64,000 nt of DNA from the IMG/VR virus record IMGVR_UViG_3300000401_000001, positions 3,786 to 67,785 of that record. One strand, 5' to 3'. This DNA comes from a virus. The translations under genes and the position numbers were made by a program. How positions within the stretch are numbered: position 1 is the first letter of the stretch; each line of letters starts with the position of its first letter. Below are positions 22,801-34,869 of the stretch, one piece after another. Below the pieces are notes generated by a model. The model was not told the origin of the DNA and did no database searches. It saw nothing but the letters and a program-made list of their open reading frames with translations.

Positions 22801-25800
22801 GGTTCTGCCAAGACCAGGAGTATTCACAGCACCAGTGGGAACATCCACAATGGTTCCATATGCCTGAACGACACCGAGGCTATTCACCTGTTGGAGAAGG
22901 GTTCCTTTATCGAAGAGCACATCCTGGTTAAATGTGAATTCCAAGACATTATCGATCTTCTGGTATGATGCATCTCTAATGTAGAACTTAGGCGTTACCT
23001 TTGCATCAAGAATTAGCTTCTTACCAAGAGGTGTTGGAATTGTGGAAGTTTTAGATGCAAATGTATGAATGTTGCTATTAAAGGTGTAAGTTCCAGGATT
23101 TAGCTGAGAAGTCACATCGGAATAGTCGAGAATCTGCAGACCGCTAGCACCTTCATTCCAGATAGTAATGACAGGATTATTCAGTGTATTTACATTTACA
23201 CCCGTGGTCTCTACAAAGTCAAGAGCATCGGTATATACAGTAGATGCGATACCAGAATACAGATTTCTTGTTGTATGTCTACGATCAAACTTGATGAGAT
23301 TTACTTGAGAATTTGTAGAAGTGATCTCATACCTAGTTGTGGGAACTGGGAATGCAGCTTCAGTATAAGTAGCAACCGTATCAAAAATCAGATCATCGAT
23401 ATAACCGAGGAATACATTAGAGAGTGCTGGAGATGTTGGATCTCCAGATACGGTGACAGTATCAGCTCCAACATCAGTCGTGCTAACAACGCTAGAAACA
23501 TCAACGCCATCAAAATACAGATGGTATTCATAAGAACCAAGAGAAGGCTCTTCCTTAACGAGAGCAATGTGGTGCCATGCTTGATCCTGGATTGCTGTCC
23601 AGAAAGTAGAACCAACAGACAAAGTTGTGACCGTGCCAACACCAAATGTGTTGACATCAAGAATCATCTTGCCATAATTGGGGCTTCCGCTGTTACCATC
23701 GAGTGTTGCAACTACGCTATTGCCTTCATTATCTTCGATAGTGAAGAATTTGATTTCTGGGTTATTTCCTACATGAGCTGGGAGCATCTGCACCCAATTC
23801 GCTATAGTCCACTCAGAATTGACATTGACATTGGCGAACTTAATATTTGTTGCAGAATCGAGCTTGAGAGAGCCAGTACCAAACTTAAAGATTCCAGTAT
23901 CTACGCTTGCTGCAGAAGGAGCAGATAGTGTTACTGTAACGCTTTCTTGCTTAGTCGAGTCGAATAGAGGATTAGCAGCATCATCGAAACGATGTACAAA
24001 CGACTGTACAGGCTTCTGTTTATTTGCCAGGAAGATGACATCGCCAGAGTTATCAACAACATGAGTATTGACAGTAAAGCCAATGTTATTGACATCTTCT
24101 ACAGTTGTGCTATTGAGGAGAGTGCCATCATACTTAAAGTTCATCAAAATAGCACGCTGGTCATTATCCTCATAGCGAATAGCAGCAACAATACTGACGT
24201 TACCAAAGATATCTACTCTGATGTCAGCATGATTGATAGAATCGAAAGTTCCACTTGGTGCAATGATCTTAGAGAAGTAATATGTGGGGATCTGAACATT
24301 TGTAGAGATCTCACTCAAAGCAATCTTAAAGAATGCAAGTCCATAGTTCTTAGTTCCATTCCACATATCGCAGATGAAGAACAGATCATTTTGCTCATCG
24401 AGAGTGAAACGGGGGCGCTGAACATCACCACCAGCAATTGCAAGTCTCTTAACATAAGACATCTCAATATTGGCACCATCATATTCCATCTGACCAAACA
24501 TCAGATCATCATTATCACGGTCGATACCACAGAAAAGAATCTTGTTATCGCCAATATAATGCAGCTGATGCATTTGCTCACCTTCTGTGTCTGAGGAGAA
24601 CTTACGCTTCTCGATAACATCACCAAGGTTATTGAGCTGCATTACCCAAATATCATCGGGATCTGGAGAGTTTGTATCTGTCCAACCGCAGATATAAACT
24701 CTTTGCTCATCATCAAGATAGATATCACCAGCATAATCCCTACGAGTTCCGCCAGAAACACCAGCAATTTCTTTCTGCCAACGAACAATACCTTCTGGGT
24801 TGTTAGCATTGTCAAAACCAGACTGATACTTGGCAACTAGAATATCTGGGTTGTAAGAATCGTTTGACTGCGACTCGGTTTCACCAAGCAGATAGATCAG
24901 ATGATCTTCTTCACTGATTTCATCGAGATAGATAGATTTCCATCTAGCAACTTTTCTGCTAGCACTTGGAAGAAGGGTTCTATCCCAAATCAGAGAACCA
25001 AGATCACTGAATTTGGCGACAAAAGCCGAAGAATCGCCATTCTGTTGAGTTAACTGACCACAGACATAGATATGTCTCTCAGAAGAAACTACAGAATCAA
25101 AGATTTCGATACTTGCAGCATCTTCGTAGTATTCCGACAGCCAGTAGTACGTCTTCTTAAACTGTTGAGGGTGAGAAACCCTAATCTGAGGGGGATTATC
25201 GACATCATACCCAAAACCAGAGTTGATGATATCAACTTGAGAAACTTTACCAGTAGTTTCATCCAGGATAATATCAAACTCCACATCCTGACCATTTTCT
25301 GAAATAATTTCGTAAGTGGGAGGAATTTGTTGATTATATCCAAGACCATCTTGCAGAACATCAATTCTGTTCACACCAGTAACAACACTGGTGTAAAATA
25401 CCTTATTAGTATTGTCGGTGATAACCTTAGAATTGACGATAATTTCGTCTTGAGCAATAAGTTCGTGATTTCCTGCAGTTACAATTTTTCCATAAGGAAC
25501 ATCATCGATGATTTCCTTGGTGTAGGATATAATTTCTTGACCTTGTACAGACTCAATCTGTGCAGAAGCGCCAAAGCCATCAGTACCTTCATTATTAAAG
25601 AAGAGGGTGTCTCCAACTTGATAGTCTTGACCAGGATTCTCAATAACGAAACCATCAATCTGTGCACTCTCAAATTTGGTAGTAGTTTCCACCTCAATAT
25701 CAACCCTAGAGTCTGGAGAAACTCTGGGGAAGTAATCATAGATCTGCAGAGCTGCTTCTTCTGTCAGTGCTTGTTGTTCAGCAAGCTCAAAAGGACTGAT

Positions 25801-28800
25801 CAGACCGTCGTTGTCAATATCTTCTACCTCAAAGATGATCAGATCACCTTCTTTTTCAGTAACGAGGGAATCTGATTGTTGATTTGGTTGACGATCAATA
25901 TCAATGTCAACGTTTACATAAGGATCTCTAAAGCGAGCAACATCAGCAGGAATATTTTCCTGAATTGCAGTCTGACCCAAATTCCAGGTATCTACAACCG
26001 AATTAAACTGAGGTCCGATGATGTATGGATAAACAGGAAGACCAGCATCAGACTCATCAATAGTAATGAAGTATGCATAAATTCCATCTGGATACTCGGG
26101 AGTCTTACAAAAACGACCATTGTAAGCATCCAAATCGCCAGTCTGGAATGTATATTCATAGTCTGCTACAAACGTACCAGCAGGGTACTCATTTAGAGAT
26201 GGACCATCAATACGCGCAGGGGTTGGGTTTGTATCTGGGTCAAAGACAATATTGGATTTGAGTTTATAAGAAGAACGCATTCTTCTTACGCCACTATTTT
26301 GGTCTGTAGGATCAATATAACCGTAGGGACCATAAATGGGATTGCCATCAAATGCCCAACCAATAATAGGAGAGTGCGAGATATTTGCAGGGAACTCCTG
26401 GAATTGGTTTGTTTCTGGATTAAGGAATACGTTATCGCCAACTACATAACGGAGCTGCTTAGGATCGGAAACGTGAGCATACTCGCCACCATACTGATTG
26501 TTAAAACCAGTAAAGACGTAACCGCGAGCTCTGTCATAGCTACTATTCAGTACATACTCAATATTCTTATTCCACTTATATACGTCTGCACTAAATTCTG
26601 CTAGCTGACCGACAGCTTCGATTCTGACAGTAGTATTGCCCTGGGTGTAGCCAATGCCTCTGTTTGTGATTTGGATAGAGATTACCTTGCCTCTATCCTC
26701 ACCGATGGTTCCAATGATAGCTCTAGCTTGCGCACCAAAACCATCACCATTGATGTAAACTGTAGGTGCAGTTGTATACTTTTCGCCAGAATTAATAATA
26801 GCAATAGACACAATACGCCCATTGATGACAATGGGCTGTGCAAGAGCACCCTCACCAGAATTCAGTTTGATAGTTGGTGTCGATGTGTAGCCTTGACCGC
26901 GATTGGTCAGATTTACTGAAGAAATAGGACCACGAACGTTTGCAACTGCTGTAGCACCCGATCCGCCACCACCCGTGATGGAAATTGTTGGTTGTGAAGT
27001 GAATCCAGTACCAGGGTTATCCACAAGGATTCTAGTCACCTTACCGCCAGTAACAACTGCTTGCGCAGTTGCTCCAAAACCACCACCACCAACAATAGAA
27101 ATCAGGGGTTGCTCTGTGTAACCTTCGCCTTGATCGATAACTTCTACACTGTCGAGATGACCATTTACTTCTACAGTTGCAGTAGCGCCTGTACCACCAC
27201 CACCTGTGATTTCCAGAATGGGCTTTGTGCCAGCGTCATAGTTTTCACCACTATTCAGAATGTTAATATTAGTTAAAGGACCAAAAGTGACGAATTCTCC
27301 AGACTTAAATGACCATGCAGAAACACCATTAACAAAAGTGCCGATAGGAGTGCTGGGATCTACCTCTTTTCTTGTAGAAACGGTCTCAACTTTTCTAGGA
27401 ATTCTAATCAGTTTACGCTGATTACCAGGAATCAGAGCAGAACCTTGGAAAGGACCAATCCTGTAGTTGGGAAGACCAGATGCAGCAACATAAACGTAAT
27501 CATCATTAAAGAATGAATTCTGGATATTGGAGGTAAACAGTGAGATAACATCATTGATTGTACTCACATTGGATTTACCTCTATTCAGATCAACTGAAAG
27601 GAGGATATTACCCTGGGGTACAATGAAAGTAGGTGTTGGGATAGTATATGAGAAAGTATAATCATCAATACGAGAAGTTACCTCGAACGTTCCATTATAA
27701 ACTGCAGGGTTTGCACCATAAATCGTAACCAGATCTTCTACGAGGAGACCATGGGGGTTTTCACAAACAACAGTTGCAGTTTGATTATTAACACCACCTG
27801 GATTGATGCTGGCAACCTTGATCAGCTTTTTGACATTGTAAAGCCAAGATGTGAGCTTTTGATCAATATCTGTGGAGCCAAGTTGAGCAACAGTCAGTTT
27901 ATCGCCAGGCAGATAGTAAGAACCACTATCCTGAAGAATTGTTGTAGATGCTTCAGCGATACCAAAGATACGAAGTTTAACTTCAGTATCAAGACCTTTG
28001 TTTACATATACAAAAGTATCCGAGAAGATAGGAGTGCCAGGATCCCAATCCTCAACAACACCGTTCTTAGAACGAGTACACTCAATAAACTGGTTGAGAG
28101 ATTTTTCTTTATATTGGACTACCTCTTCGTCATTGATGCGAATCGTGCCATTCTTTTCTGGCCATCCAATAGTAGAGTCTACTGTGATAATGGTATCTTC
28201 AGTATCGAGAGGCTCTACCAGATTTGTTTTATATGGGATGATAAATTCACCCTGAAGAGTTTCTTCAGAGATAGTCAGTTCGTAAATAGTGTCAGTACCC
28301 TCAATGATCGAGATAACGTTTTCGATCAAAACAGATGCATCTTTGATCTTGAGATCGACTGGATCTGCATATTGGCGTAGCTGAGAATTCTCCAGATTTC
28401 TAGGGTCACCAGAGATCAGCTCGGCACGAAGAATAGTATCAACAACCCAAGATGCTGCGGATGGAGTAAGTAGCTCTTCTCTTGGATAGTAAATATCAAC
28501 CTCTTCCCCGAAAAGAATCTTAAAGAGGTACTGTGTTGCAACTTTTGTGCCTTTAGAGCGATAGAAATCCCTAATGCTCTTGATTACCTGAACTGGATTG
28601 ACAAGCTCATAATCGATATTGATCGTGGGCATGTACTGACGACGGAACTTGTCGAATACCTGCTTAATGATCATTGCGTCCAGGTTCACGACTTGTGCAC
28701 CATGAACATGATTTGTTTGAGCGAGTTGCTCTTCCTTCGCAAAGATTTGATTGCCAAATCTATCAAATCTGACAATATCAGAAACACCTCTAGCACAGCC

Positions 28801-30678
28801 AACCAAAGCAGATGGTTGATAATCATCACCTGCGGAGAGAATATCGAAACCAGTTACTTCCCCAAAACCAACATCACAGGATGCTTGTGCAGAAAGGGGA
28901 TCTGCAATGTAAACTTTAGGTGGATTTTCGCTAGAGTACCCCTGACCAAAGGAAATGATGTTAATATCAGTGATCTCACCATTAAAGATCGTAGCAACTG
29001 CTTTAGCGCCAGTGCCGCCAATAGACTCCCCTGCAGGACCCTTGCGATCATCAACAATATAGACTGAAGGCGCATCTGTGTAGCCCTTACCGCCAGTCAA
29101 GAGCTGAATATCAGTGACGCTACCGTTTGCAACGCTAACATCGAGAACCTGAGCACCAACGGGCTGAATGATACGTGCTCTGGGTGGAGTTGTGTAGCCC
29201 CTACCACGATTTGTGATAGTTACAGTGAGAACCTGACCACTAGGAGATACAGTACATTCTGCAACTGCATCAATACCACCAGAAGGTGCAGGATCAATAT
29301 AAATTTCGGGTGGATTCTTATAGCCAACACCACGAGTCAAAACCTGAATACTATCGGACACCAGACGACCCTCGGAATCAATTTCTGGGTCGCTGATAGA
29401 AGCCCCATTGGGGTTGCTGAAAGTAATTGCAGGGATGAAGTCGTAGCCAGAACCAGAATTAGTAATTCTGATTGCAGAAACCTGACCAGTGGTGTCATCA
29501 ACATCAATTTCAGCCTGAGCGAGAGATCCATTAGGATCTGTTGGGGGTGTGATGTTGATGATTGGTGGGTTATAAGAAGAATAACCTTGACCACCGTTAA
29601 TCAGTCTAATATCTTTGATACCATTGATCAAAGTTCTAGCAGAAGCACCTCTACCACTATCCGAGACGATGCTTACTTTAGGTGTGAAGTTTAGGTCATA
29701 GCCATCACCACCATTTTTAACCAGGATGGAGTCAATCTGGCCAGAATCCGAAACGCGAGTGATAACGCTCGCACCAGAACCAACTACAGGTGAAACATAC
29801 TCAATAGAACGAATATGAATTTGATCCTGAGTGTTGAGATTTACAAAAAACTTGATTCTTGTGTTGTTGTCCGTCAGAACATAATCAACATAAGGAATCT
29901 GGAGGTTTCCGTTTCTATTGATAATCAGACCAATTTCCGAAACGGGAGAATATGGAACCCCCTCAAAGAAAATAGGAATAGAATCAGTTCCACCGAGACC
30001 AGAAAGATCCTGTTCATCGATGGTTTTAATCACCGCATCAGAGAACCCGACATAATGAATGATTTGGGTGAAGTCAACAATATCATTGCCAGTACGAGGT
30101 CTGGGGGCAGTAGTAAATGTGATTTCACTCCCACTGATGTTATAATCAATTCTAGGGATTAGAGTTTCACCATAAACAGTTACCACCAAATGCTCAGGGC
30201 TAGTTGGTGTTACTGGGGTGCCGAGAAACTTAAGGTCAAATGTTGTGCGGACACCATCAAAAAGAGTCCATGGGCTCTCAAGTGCCTGTCTCTTTTTGTT
30301 AAATTCTTGGATAGAGATTCCAGGAGTCAGAATTGCATCGGGACCATTGACGACCTTTTCGTAATAGATCACCTCATTATCGATCATCACAGAACCGTCT
30401 TTCTCGACAAATCCTGCAACAGACTCTACTTCGATAGTATCTTGTGTTGGATCTACATCCTTAATAAGAACAGTAGACGATGCCAAGACCTTTTGATCGT
30501 AAGCATCCAGATCCAGATAAGACAGGAGGTTGTTCAGGATGTCATAAGGACGACCTGTTTTCTCCTGGGACTTGTAATACTGAAAAAGGAAATCTACGAA
30601 ATTTTGATCTTCGGAGCGGATAAAGTTGGGAATTTGGTTCTCAACTCTATCGGAAACATTTACTTTATTTGCAAACAT
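10810..30678 (-). CDS. gp7: Giant baseplate wedge protein, gp7-like (6622 aa). Contains GxGY repeats, a YHYH-like domain, a beta-propeller-like region, two LamG domains, two CBM-like repeats, phycobiliprotein-like repeats and an Ig-like C-terminus.
   Basis: Lies between gp6 and the gp8 cluster. N-terminal [24 protein letters not shown] and [23 protein letters not shown] are gp7-like. LamG motifs: WTIANW..WHHIAL..LYFDG and [19 protein letters not shown]. Confidence 0.75.
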   Translation of the reverse strand: MFANKVNVSDRVENQIPNFIRSEDQNFVDFLFQYYKSQEKTGRPYDILNNLLSYLDLDAYDQKVLASSTVLIKDVDPTQDTIEVESVAGFVEKDGSVMIDNEVIYYEKVVNGPDAILTPGISIQEFNKKRQALESPWTLFDGVRTTFDLKFLGTPVTPTSPEHLVVTVYGETLIPRIDYNISGSEITFTTAPRPRTGNDIVDFTQIIHYVGFSDAVIKTIDEQDLSGLGGTDSIPIFFEGVPYSPVSEIGLIINRNGNLQIPYVDYVLTDNNTRIKFFVNLNTQDQIHIRSIEYVSPVVGSGASVITRVSDSGQIDSILVKNGGDGYDLNFTPKVSIVSDSGRGASARTLINGIKDIRLINGGQGYSSYNPPIINITPPTDPNGSLAQAEIDVDDTTGQVSAIRITNSGSGYDFIPAITFSNPNGASISDPEIDSEGRLVSDSIQVLTRGVGYKNPPEIYIDPAPSGGIDAVAECTVSPSGQVLTVTITNRGRGYTTPPRARIIQPVGAQVLDVSVANGSVTDIQLLTGGKGYTDAPSVYIVDDRKGPAGESIGGTGAKAVATIFNGEITDINIISFGQGYSSENPPKVYIADPLSAQASCDVGFGEVTGFDILSAGDDYQPSALVGCARGVSDIVRFDRFGNQIFAKEEQLAQTNHVHGAQVVNLDAMIIKQVFDKFRRQYMPTINIDYELVNPVQVIKSIRDFYRSKGTKVATQYLFKILFGEEVDIYYPREELLTPSAASWVVDTILRAELISGDPRNLENSQLRQYADPVDLKIKDASVLIENVISIIEGTDTIYELTISEETLQGEFIIPYKTNLVEPLDTEDTIITVDSTIGWPEKNGTIRINDEEVVQYKEKSLNQFIECTRSKNGVVEDWDPGTPIFSDTFVYVNKGLDTEVKLRIFGIAEASTTILQDSGSYYLPGDKLTVAQLGSTDIDQKLTSWLYNVKKLIKVASINPGGVNNQTATVVCENPHGLLVEDLVTIYGANPAVYNGTFEVTSRIDDYTFSYTIPTPTFIVPQGNILLSVDLNRGKSNVSTINDVISLFTSNIQNSFFNDDYVYVAASGLPNYRIGPFQGSALIPGNQRKLIRIPRKVETVSTRKEVDPSTPIGTFVNGVSAWSFKSGEFVTFGPLTNINILNSGENYDAGTKPILEITGGGGTGATATVEVNGHLDSVEVIDQGEGYTEQPLISIVGGGGFGATAQAVVTGGKVTRILVDNPGTGFTSQPTISITGGGGSGATAVANVRGPISSVNLTNRGQGYTSTPTIKLNSGEGALAQPIVINGRIVSIAIINSGEKYTTAPTVYINGDGFGAQARAIIGTIGEDRGKVISIQITNRGIGYTQGNTTVRIEAVGQLAEFSADVYKWNKNIEYVLNSSYDRARGYVFTGFNNQYGGEYAHVSDPKQLRYVVGDNVFLNPETNQFQEFPANISHSPIIGWAFDGNPIYGPYGYIDPTDQNSGVRRMRSSYKLKSNIVFDPDTNPTPARIDGPSLNEYPAGTFVADYEYTFQTGDLDAYNGRFCKTPEYPDGIYAYFITIDESDAGLPVYPYIIGPQFNSVVDTWNLGQTAIQENIPADVARFRDPYVNVDIDIDRQPNQQSDSLVTEKEGDLIIFEVEDIDNDGLISPFELAEQQALTEEAALQIYDYFPRVSPDSRVDIEVETTTKFESAQIDGFVIENPGQDYQVGDTLFFNNEGTDGFGASAQIESVQGQEIISYTKEIIDDVPYGKIVTAGNHELIAQDEIIVNSKVITDNTNKVFYTSVVTGVNRIDVLQDGLGYNQQIPPTYEIISENGQDVEFDIILDETTGKVSQVDIINSGFGYDVDNPPQIRVSHPQQFKKTYYWLSEYYEDAASIEIFDSVVSSERHIYVCGQLTQQNGDSSAFVAKFSDLGSLIWDRTLLPSASRKVARWKSIYLDEISEEDHLIYLLGETESQSNDSYNPDILVAKYQSGFDNANNPEGIVRWQKEIAGVSGGTRRDYAGDIYLDDEQRVYICGWTDTNSPDPDDIWVMQLNNLGDVIEKRKFSSDTEGEQMHQLHYIGDNKILFCGIDRDNDDLMFGQMEYDGANIEMSYVKRLAIAGGDVQRPRFTLDEQNDLFFICDMWNGTKNYGLAFFKIALSEISTNVQIPTYYFSKIIAPSGTFDSINHADIRVDIFGNVSIVAAIRYEDNDQRAILMNFKYDGTLLNSTTVEDVNNIGFTVNTHVVDNSGDVIFLANKQKPVQSFVHRFDDAANPLFDSTKQESVTVTLSAPSAASVDTGIFKFGTGSLKLDSATNIKFANVNVNSEWTIANWVQMLPAHVGNNPEIKFFTIEDNEGNSVVATLDGNSGSPNYGKMILDVNTFGVGTVTTLSVGSTFWTAIQDQAWHHIALVKEEPSLGSYEYHLYFDGVDVSSVVSTTDVGADTVTVSGDPTSPALSNVFLGYIDDLIFDTVATYTEAAFPVPTTRYEITSTNSQVNLIKFDRRHTTRNLYSGIASTVYTDALDFVETTGVNVNTLNNPVITIWNEGASGLQILDYSDVTSQLNPGTYTFNSNIHTFASKTSTIPTPLGKKLILDAKVTPKFYIRDASYQKIDNVLEFTFNQDVLFDKGTLLQQVNSLGVVQAYGTIVDVPTGAVNTPGLGRTYKIGKIFGNFNNTDSFKNSTNQQNTIDEISFTVTRPQDEWRIGQQYNVDDQVYSDGKIYVATNTATSGDIPPTHEIGIVTDGGVLWQYISAAPALEVDLSDYPWPAPLENEWQENKSYALDENVYYGRNKYKCTVAGVSSTVPPTHTSGTVTDGTVTWEYVLTYDPLSDYATFRPYDSADYRVQISEVYSNSTFIVGDVISLGGQVTTGPTEDNNKIAFIDGITSAKSVVLTTNLNKDIIRTSEVRTDLIYCTSLTPHRFNAGDILFVEGFTTDQFNGSFFVKEVFSSRDFIYQIRAVADSEPQFAQGAISRVKIASKHPTLLLVRNHSYIFDMSDPSNFGYYLSFSEDNQFKLEYSFNVIEREGTPGLASATETPTVKFTVSGEVTNITYYFDPSRLGDDSPVGENSFIDVIKTPFDGKFRISSVINDTEFRFPLEFEPEFTNAEVGLDEFDKPNSYYSTTSLKAIGPINTIKMVSRGGFYKKLPVIEDISSFRKIEKVNIVAGGTEYAAGVYTQVPIQGDGEGGLVNITVELDDEVGSGTITKVDLTNPGKGYTFGVVDVDSVEGILGPTLSGSGGELEVVIPPEGTGASVFLTGTQIGRIKTLKSNEFGYGYSHDYTLRPEISFPINLQLFNTSILSQIRITDPGAGYTSEPAVVIEGGGGSGAEAVAVVRNNRLSEIIIKNPGSGYSSQPSVTLKSEFTYVVNLDLNYLQFNFPHGITTGAEIQLRAEDVGSTVGVLPKPSSVGLTSLSSTQTYYAIAGEANGLESDQLRFALTPVDAEAGNFITFLTQGDGRQILLTEVFGGKAEAVVETSRFLEGEEVFQGESYELASAYGYVSANDGWQIGPKILKIVDSRGEFVVGGKVQGVVSRASGVIDNVNLAKGVLNIDALTKTPGRFIDDIGKPSEIVQKIQDSYFYQNFSYVIKSTIPINKWKKQILENNHPAGFNLFGQLQLTGGEDVSGRKIGTEFTKQVNISEYTNVNQITSFGAAQPIYSAFNNSEVLFRKKRLTNSEEILTSIVKKIDDISSLFDGVRKNFPLTVEGEQVIVKDNQLLVTVNGVIQAPSESYTVVGNEIVFDEAPRPDSKVVYRNVEIEILPITRLNLNTIGGIFPSIGDFINGFESEARARVVDTGATSIDIVDIVGGPFQLNERVDVSRTGFSALIGSIQNVNQQTIYRFGETVTNMRGDTAKVEETNIDLDGNIDSTLVLSKTSGTAEFETGTYNINLNDIIYSASSNIAARITRIAPYRDPVVSVNLVDGTEFEAGSQVTGGLSGAVGEVIRVDTNLNPPVLYFIKKTVADFIDGELITSNTNNLNDTIQGDIRLGDVVDTLVINKGSSFFGLIFERLISLTNQNVILDNISETTITPVLLNDRSQRINADFLDFEEVRSTEIEYENLTGGALAENDTIRSITIEYGNTVTDALNRWYDASNLILANKQEIVDFANAEIAVQHPGFYYPGDNQTDQFSRYADAYRLIALNKDYIVAQSYEDMVVQYPTLPIPSDVKCKRDIGHFIDALSMDMFQGGTVYTRKFLQMYFSEDGLTFLYVNNEAEATEYAFSKALTYMQQALSNMLTGSVTIGVDTFNLYNERVTGGSSGTGITADPSPGNPYGTPGSNTLNYGPDNCSDVQATLQTLFDNVSEVLLAGSLADLIDLVQPSTYSATENKCRRDIGYFVDALAADIRGDGNYATVKFTKFYFDANGTPISNGLVGETAESITAFEKARDLAKRAINNLLYEKDLTLVYDPITYPGPYLTSATEGHTYDPNYGLGNNQDINNCADVQAALDTLTTIATTAIAAGDLTNINALPIVSDGSYQENETIRVLKVAYKDKGGNGFFFPGDVITGASSGTTFTVQGTNTGLRWLYTNSISGVFTNREYITNTRISVNGDVAITSLQKIAGTNSLRFQSGGNLSHPLSDVVKFEQDDFTIEAWIRPDSLTGIQYIFDTRADNSSLPGSPVLYLDGNSIRFWVNGSDRISGAHGMTIDNWHHVALTRTTNITKLFVNGTQIGSDYSDSNSYLERPFRIFAGWNGADTLSGHLDNFIIKKGESDYSANFTPGTTFPTDNQNISFALNAEQPIIMSTEEVYGVYTGQTNSSTTAKSVNYDERKVIVEDINLSRDEHRECAKILELNLDWIAETTVGLMKEKYPDFIMPGDTADGIGPQQGTNFCLRDTKEYILKAIIEDIKYGGNYNSVIAGRGYLTKSGDLAYVGNELLQSVFAWTEVANVCNYVITTTSLDLETYNGTKYTDILRIPNNFASPASQSIQNEIIDLSNTIADILAPTGQRYRDAGNQIWKNRDYIAQEVVGWLNAKYQATINGTEYDFLVIPGFNGDAVCARDIKQYILPAVITDLLTGGNSSTQRVLDFYIGSNNIVTHVEKELSAMLDAFEFTKKLVHHAINNTLLSFGTTASEIGIISDLQDDYYVAQYTEIPAYRDTTITVDTQGYEYLDPTKNQMIDAANLLEANKELIAKEAVYTMNDLSKYLDLEIPNGPDKCASDVMGVIDAIIHDLRLGGNSATWDAAKLYLNPEDESLLHIENEAEAAIDTYKIASELCILAIRNGLGRDNLYIYNEEEGGATVPGGIGTSSLDAVDVETYERNAVDDRFIDASHIIERNTRLIAEEAVYLGQQQFPGLSIPGGAINCVHDVTDVLQAMVWNLRYGGNNKVFRAAEFYVNNSNLQHIATQSTESIWIFEKARDLAIEVMRGNTLTIQGSHGYTQKFYLDLDFYPYNQGGYTVTQDTVTNCQNVADAISNLIGIVTDTITTPTNIEDGTITKTLPNIWPIKYTPEMAVRDVTITYDSAAADWNQTCPQVASTIETLFDIVTNTISEAAAGNPSHLTTVTRETPWNSNTEYQYYTCYNVTTAAEALFDLMIDTIGGGSYSDRKCARHILFNKQAISAKSFERTSTQYPGTGATIDFADPILDGLIYDLNTGGNQGMLKVVNSWFDGEGNFIAFEGVTRQHLLFYVTRIREYVKRALYDNNNAAQWNGYDLYQDETLTAAINNRFEYEEESSEFRIDSSLNLAYFALSRSKAPSTNFVTYINNTDVQNLTNLYDEGEDYNTDPELILLTPTIEVGFERRENVVRINRPNFFSRGDILQYIPASDDIEQSLQDQQYYYVLNAQPQWFEIARELRHDARFRAFALDTGLTGQMILQTTVRSGITRTSAVYGNPDIDTPISAGFNLADILIGTASNARSEVIRTRNNEAEIIKIYQKFFIDNASGRFTNGEIVQVQGSPTNYGTILQTSTLTGDQSDQGWIYVENLNGVFSDTNTIEGVDSGITADITGTSTERILINADRGSFSVGEMFFNKNNGAEADITSYENSAGALFGNTGGRIQIDIETIADDFLDGDIIYGSITDRILNIANITATGFRDIELNQFIHAEKTIECDVTDVVRDGGYTGSFQKGDLVYLLSGTVPKIPGWTAVVTDYFDDTQNTGTHKIWIANLQPYGSAADGTTTTDPNELVSGGTALGKFENLNNFPVILANINNVTVTEYSSYGRIAGKQISGDTGRIWLEDVNGEFPSNLTIRSDYGWYAGVTQSKGLLGRCDRFFRGFDGVQTDFKLTVNNGEAYFPDPAGHLLVFVNGVLQPPGGSNAYSAFSDRIQFTEPPSIGSEFIGYYVGKLRQLDDISFEFDSLRSSFNLRYLGGFYSLTLTEGVSSNTILPENNIIVSLNGVIQEPGVGYQLVGSRIIFAEIPRAGSTFVAFSYIGSDADVIAATVVPPIEAGDVLQIEGESDEREVALIESSNSLITFEYTGTVKGRGAEAIADIVSGKLNGAIITSPGDGYTSRPNVDVISASGFDARIRALMGISRIDVKSAGIGYKKASVSVETEVPDDYVPPTGSAVNGGFDVYAGEALDQQGNPIIIDVGYIVIRNQPTNTTINQGNTAEFSISADFIISGTNEVGSTPLNYQWQRKQYGETDWNNITGANQAVYTTGPATQADDGDEYRVAITAAGATPVYSNSIIFTVQTGATILTDFDPTQIFQ
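13900..18520 (-). repeat. About 7 phycobiliprotein-like helical repeats inside the giant protein, interrupted by a LamG domain (about 16590-17100)
   Basis: Recurring R..DA..LI..N...I...A...P, C.RD.....DA...D...GGN and C..V...L..LFD blocks; see findings. Confidence 0.75.
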
Positions 30679-30685
30679 CTATCTC

Positions 30686-32767
30686 TTAGAAACAGGAAGT
30701 GATCTCGGGATACTGGAAAGCATCAACTGGATAATCAATGATATTTATTGAGGTTCCACCATAGTTCCAACCAGCAAAGTTGTTAGGATCAAAGTTATTA
30801 ATGATGCTGGGATTGGTGACATAATCGATGGGGAATACCTCAGGATTAAAGATCGTGGGATCAACACCAGGGGGGATAATGATAGAATCTGTAGAAGGTA
30901 GTGCTACAATAGGAATACGATTTGTATTATCTGATGTGGCAGCTGCATTCAGGGGGCCAATACAAACGATTCCCTTTTCATAATCAACACTACCTACATT
31001 CTGATTCAGAATTACTTCCTTTTCATTTCTATTCGTGACTAGCATGAGGTTTCCTCTACCATCGTCACGGATATTTACAGGAACAAGAACTTCAGTTGTT
31101 GTATCTCCAGATGTAAACAGAACATCTTCAGTTTCTGAAAGTGAATCTTGAGTTCCATTTTCGGCAATTAGATCAGCAAGTGCCTCTGTATATCCTGTAG
31201 CATAAAACTTACCACTCTTGATGGATGAGAACTTAGGATTACAGCCATCAGGATCACCACCACCAAAGTTGCTGGGATTCTGAATTGGATTGCCGAAGTC
31301 CAAACATTGTGTGAAAACTTGCCCAAAACTAAACTGGTCAAGATTCTGACCGATAGTCATTTGAGTGCTAGTACCAGAAATTGCACTATCAGAAGCATCG
31401 ACCATAGAATTAAATCTGGACAACTCAAGTCTATTGCCAAATCTATTCTCTCTATTTTGAGAATTATACTGATCGATAGACTTCAGAATCTCTGTGCTGA
31501 GTTCATTTGTCGATCTAGCAGTCTCGTTACCATTAAAGAATGGATAAACCTTAGGTGCCAAGTAGTAAATGCGAGGATCAACGATGACTGGCTCAATTGA
31601 TGCCATCGAATACTTAAGAAGCTGATTCTTAATTCTCAGTTTAGTCGTAGTATTCAGATTAACGCCAGATTTGGAGCGAACTGCAATGTAAACTTTTCCA
31701 TAAACAGGTGGATTTAGCTTTTCTCCACCATATGCTGTAACTGCAGCTGCTTGTGGGTATATCTCAGAAACGATATGGGCATAATCTGCCTCTGTTACCG
31801 CTCTATTCTGCGTCGAGAATGCCCTAGGAGCTCTAAATTTGATGCTCAGGGCACTTTCCCTCTCTTCGCCGTCTACAGACCCGTCTATGGTCGCCAGAGA
31901 CATCGATGAGGGAGCGATAGGACGACCAACAGAATCTACTGCCTGTCCGATGAAGGCAAATTTTGTACAACCGTTTGCAAGCTCACCTGCAGTTCTAACA
32001 TATTGCAGAACAACAAATTCATTATCGATCAATTTGCGACCGAGAACACCATCTCCGAAAATGACTTTGTATCTGAGGTCTTCAGTTTCCTCCAGGAAGT
32101 AGACTCTGGAAGTAGAATTCAGATCAACAACATTATCTGTTGGGGAATATTCATCAATCTCTACGGACTGCTCCGAGGGCTTAACATATACTGCCAGAAG
32201 ACCAGTGTCTACGGATTCTGAAGGAATAATATAATCTTGCTTCTCAGCATCATTAACGGTGTAACTAAAAGTCAGCAGATTACCTTGGTAAATGACAATA
32301 TTTGCAAAATTTGCGATGCCTGTGTTCTGATCGACAGGTGCAGTTACATCTTTGAGAAGACAAAATGTAAATGTATCAACACTATTCTTAGAAAGGAAGA
32401 CATCACCCTTTCTAAGAGTTACTGTATCGGGGTATGCTTGACCACCAGGCAGTTGTGCAGTCTTTGCAGCGATTCTGACACACGCTTTTGATGCCTTAAT
32501 TGATCTTGGAGTATAGTTTAGTTGTTTTGCAATACGAACAACATTATCTCTAACAGTAGCCGACTCCAAAAACGCTTCGTTCATTGCCATGTTGGCGTTA
32601 AACGAAGTGTAATATGTGTTGTATGCAAGTACATCAATCAAATATGATGCAGCAGAACCCTCAAAGTCATAATCAGAGAACTCAGAGCGGGTTCTTAGAT
32701 ATGATTTGATCGATTCTTTAATCTCAAAGAAGTCTAGAGATGTAAGTTCCGAAGGTATTGCTGACAT
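30686..32767 (-). CDS. gp6: Baseplate wedge subunit gp6 (693 aa)
   Basis: LDFFEIKESIK.YL...EFSDYDFEGSA.SYLIDVLAYNTYY, ESATVRDNVVRIAKQLNYTPRS and QNRAVTEADY are hallmark gp6 motifs. Confidence 0.95.
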   Translation of the reverse strand: MSAIPSELTSLDFFEIKESIKSYLRTRSEFSDYDFEGSAASYLIDVLAYNTYYTSFNANMAMNEAFLESATVRDNVVRIAKQLNYTPRSIKASKACVRIAAKTAQLPGGQAYPDTVTLRKGDVFLSKNSVDTFTFCLLKDVTAPVDQNTGIANFANIVIYQGNLLTFSYTVNDAEKQDYIIPSESVDTGLLAVYVKPSEQSVEIDEYSPTDNVVDLNSTSRVYFLEETEDLRYKVIFGDGVLGRKLIDNEFVVLQYVRTAGELANGCTKFAFIGQAVDSVGRPIAPSSMSLATIDGSVDGEERESALSIKFRAPRAFSTQNRAVTEADYAHIVSEIYPQAAAVTAYGGEKLNPPVYGKVYIAVRSKSGVNLNTTTKLRIKNQLLKYSMASIEPVIVDPRIYYLAPKVYPFFNGNETARSTNELSTEILKSIDQYNSQNRENRFGNRLELSRFNSMVDASDSAISGTSTQMTIGQNLDQFSFGQVFTQCLDFGNPIQNPSNFGGGDPDGCNPKFSSIKSGKFYATGYTEALADLIAENGTQDSLSETEDVLFTSGDTTTEVLVPVNIRDDGRGNLMLVTNRNEKEVILNQNVGSVDYEKGIVCIGPLNAAATSDNTNRIPIVALPSTDSIIIPPGVDPTIFNPEVFPIDYVTNPSIINNFDPNNFAGWNYGGTSINIIDYPVDAFQYPEITSCF

Positions 32768-32768
32768 G

Positions 32769-33182
32769 TTAGGTTCTCTCTAGGAGGAAGTCTATAGTTT
32801 GAGTTGTTTGTTGACCAATAATGGTATACTCAATAGAAACATTGATCTCATAATCACTTAACCCTTGAGTCACTCGGACACTTTCTAACTGTATTCGGGG
32901 TTCTAGACGACTGATCGTGTTTATGATCTCATCTTTCATGTCTTCAGCGAAGAAAACATCGAAAGGCTCAAACAGCATACTAGGAACTCTCGATCCAATT
33001 TCATATTGGAAAGGTCTTTCACCAAAAGCAGTCAAAACAAGGTTCCGTACAGATTGCTTAATAGCGTTCTCATTAGTCACAGTGCCAAAATCATTGGTAT
33101 TAGGATTCTTTGTGAACGACATCGCAAAATCCTTAAAGGATCTTGAGAAGAACTTTTCTGATCGGAACCTGTATGCTGGCAT
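32769..33182 (-). CDS. gp25: Baseplate wedge subunit gp25 (137 aa)
   Basis: NENAIKQSVRNLVLTAFGERPF and I..LEPRIQL..V are gp25/GPW motifs; adjacent to gp6. Confidence 0.92.
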   Translation of the reverse strand: MPAYRFRSEKFFSRSFKDFAMSFTKNPNTNDFGTVTNENAIKQSVRNLVLTAFGERPFQYEIGSRVPSMLFEPFDVFFAEDMKDEIINTISRLEPRIQLESVRVTQGLSDYEINVSIEYTIIGQQTTQTIDFLLERT

Positions 33183-33370
33183 TACATTCGCTCAACGTAA
33201 TCGTCAAATCCATTTTTGCCTCCACACCACCTAGAAAGGCGATTTGAGGGTGGATTGTTTTTTCTTTTGTTCAGGTATTTATCCGATCTTGGGTCTGTTA
33301 TAAGGTATACAGTCCCAAAATCACGTTTCATCAACTCAGTAACATTATCTGGAATAGGGTGGTTAGCCAT
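33182..33370 (-). CDS. Hypothetical protein (62 aa)
   Basis: GGAGAG RBS upstream; stop abuts the gp25 start. Confidence 0.7.
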   Translation of the reverse strand: MANHPIPDNVTELMKRDFGTVYLITDPRSDKYLNKRKNNPPSNRLSRWCGGKNGFDDYVERM

Positions 33371-33429
33371 CTGTCTCTCCTTTTGGGGTCAACAGAACTT
33401 TTTAAGTGGTTGCTATCACTCTACAGTGG

Positions 33430-33436
33430 TATTTAT
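33430..33436 (-). promoter_or_regulatory. Late promoter ATAAATA
   Basis: Plus strand tatttat at 33430-33436, directly after the TGA of the upstream gene. Confidence 0.6.
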
Positions 33437-33951
33437 CACCATTTCCAGTGGTTGTTTGGCTGTTCCCACCAGAAATGTAAGTCATGAGTCTGGTTGCTAT
33501 ACAACATTGAGACAAAATCGCTCTCATAATTGCTCATAACATTCTCAACAAGAGCAACTGTCCAGAATTTTTTAGGAAAAATGTCCATCATAGATTGTGT
33601 GATCCAAGAATAGTTACTTCCTCTGATCACGCCTGCCTCAATCAGTACAAAATTCTCCCATTTTGTAGACCATTCTGAGTAGTTGAGCTCAAAATCTATC
33701 CGATACTCATCCACCTTCTCATCTGGGAAGGGGACATTTACTGCTTCTATATGAAAAATCTCCCCATCCATACTCAGGGAGTGACTCAAAAGCTGAGTCG
33801 CAATACCTGAGTAGTCTGGAGAGACACAAAGGAAGCAGGTTTTTGACGGATGTATGTCCAAATTAGCCATTTTGAGCATGTACGTCATCTTTTGGATGAG
33901 CGCCATCTCTTCATCTTGACTAATGAACAGTAGTTCCTTCCTGTTTTCCAT
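33436..33951 (-). CDS. Phosphoribosyltransferase-like protein (171 aa)
   Basis: FVLIEAGVIRGSNY resembles a degenerate PRPP-binding loop; type I PRTase-like size. Confidence 0.5.
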   Translation of the reverse strand: MENRKELLFISQDEEMALIQKMTYMLKMANLDIHPSKTCFLCVSPDYSGIATQLLSHSLSMDGEIFHIEAVNVPFPDEKVDEYRIDFELNYSEWSTKWENFVLIEAGVIRGSNYSWITQSMMDIFPKKFWTVALVENVMSNYESDFVSMLYSNQTHDLHFWWEQPNNHWKW

Positions 33952-34141
33952 AAAGATTCATCTCTAATTGTCTGTTTTGCTCATAATCTGGCGGATTGTA
34001 CTTAAGAAATTCGCGAAAAGTCATTTTCATTTCACGTTTAGTCATTCCACAGTGCGCTGCTGCGGCTGGAAGGTTCCAACGGGCACGGTAAAGTGCCTCG
34101 TTTGACTCTTTTACCAGCTCTGGGGTGGTATCAACCATCAT
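33920..34141 (-). CDS. Hypothetical protein, possible HTH (73 aa)
   Basis: GAGG RBS; WNLPAAAAHCGMTKREMK has an HTH-like pattern. Confidence 0.65.
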   Translation of the reverse strand: MMVDTTPELVKESNEALYRARWNLPAAAAHCGMTKREMKMTFREFLKYNPPDYEQNRQLEMNLYGKQEGTTVH

Positions 34142-34168
34142 ATAACCTCTTTATGATGCCTTGAGGCA

Positions 34169-34318
34169 TCATTTTCCTTGACCACGATACTTCTTTTTGG
34201 CGCAATTGCGGGAAGTTGCTGCGTATTTTGTGTTCTTAGAACGACCTTGGCGGGTGATTTTAGGCTTACCAGGCTCAAAATGGATGCCAGATGCGCCAAT
34301 ACGAGATTTTGCTGCCAT
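34169..34318 (-). CDS. Small basic protein (49 aa; not in ORF track)
   Basis: Hand translation MAAKSRIGASGIHFEPGKPKITRQGRSKNTKYAATSRNCAKKKYRGQGK; GGAGG RBS; 14 K/R versus 1 acidic residue. Confidence 0.75.
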   Translation of the reverse strand: MAAKSRIGASGIHFEPGKPKITRQGRSKNTKYAATSRNCAKKKYRGQGK

Positions 34319-34336
34319 GTTTCCTCCGTTGGGACC

Positions 34337-34867
34337 TTAAGATGATAGCACATTTGGGCTGCCATACGCAACCACCGACGAACATGGATACGAAAATCCA
34401 GGAAAACCGATCCCAAGCGGGTCCAAAATGCGCCCAATGGGCAATTTTGTGACATAAACGGTCAAAGAAGTAGCCTGAAGAAAGCGAATGTGGCCAATTC
34501 CAGCGTCTTCTGCGGTCAAAGCGGAGCAAGGGATGGCAGTTGGTACGGGACAAACGCCTTTTCCGCAAGGACACATGTAGATAATGATATTTGTACAAGG
34601 CGATGGGTGGTTTGTGAACACATCACCAAAAGACATAGTAGGCAAACCATTGGTTAAAACCGTTGCCTTAAGGGGGTTAATAGCTCCTGCGGGAATCAGA
34701 GGGAGTGGTGGCCACCAACATGTAAAGTTTTTGATGGTGATGCTGTATGGAATTGGTGGTGATCCGCAGGATTGTACAGAGTGTACAGTTGATGGAATAC
34801 ACAAACCATGTCCAGAACAGGGAAGTCCCGTAATAGGTGCTACTGGTAGTAGAAAACCGTATGCCAT
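34337..34867 (-). CDS. PAAR-like spike-tip protein (gp5.4-like, 176 aa)
   Basis: Cys/His-rich with CSGHG, TVLTNGLP...GD...HP and HIR......TVYV..LPIGRILDP...C..VVA.GSPNV, the PAAR-type pattern. Confidence 0.75.
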   Translation of the reverse strand: MAYGFLLPVAPITGLPCSGHGLCIPSTVHSVQSCGSPPIPYSITIKNFTCWWPPLPLIPAGAINPLKATVLTNGLPTMSFGDVFTNHPSPCTNIIIYMCPCGKGVCPVPTAIPCSALTAEDAGIGHIRFLQATSLTVYVTKLPIGRILDPLGIGFPGFSYPCSSVVAYGSPNVLSS

Positions 34868-34869
34868 AG

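Noticed and set aside
10810-30678. Possible intein, intron or assembly artefact explaining the 6622-aa ORF
   Set aside because: I saw no intein splice motifs or homing-endonuclease motifs. The frame is continuous and the repeats are divergent rather than exact duplications.
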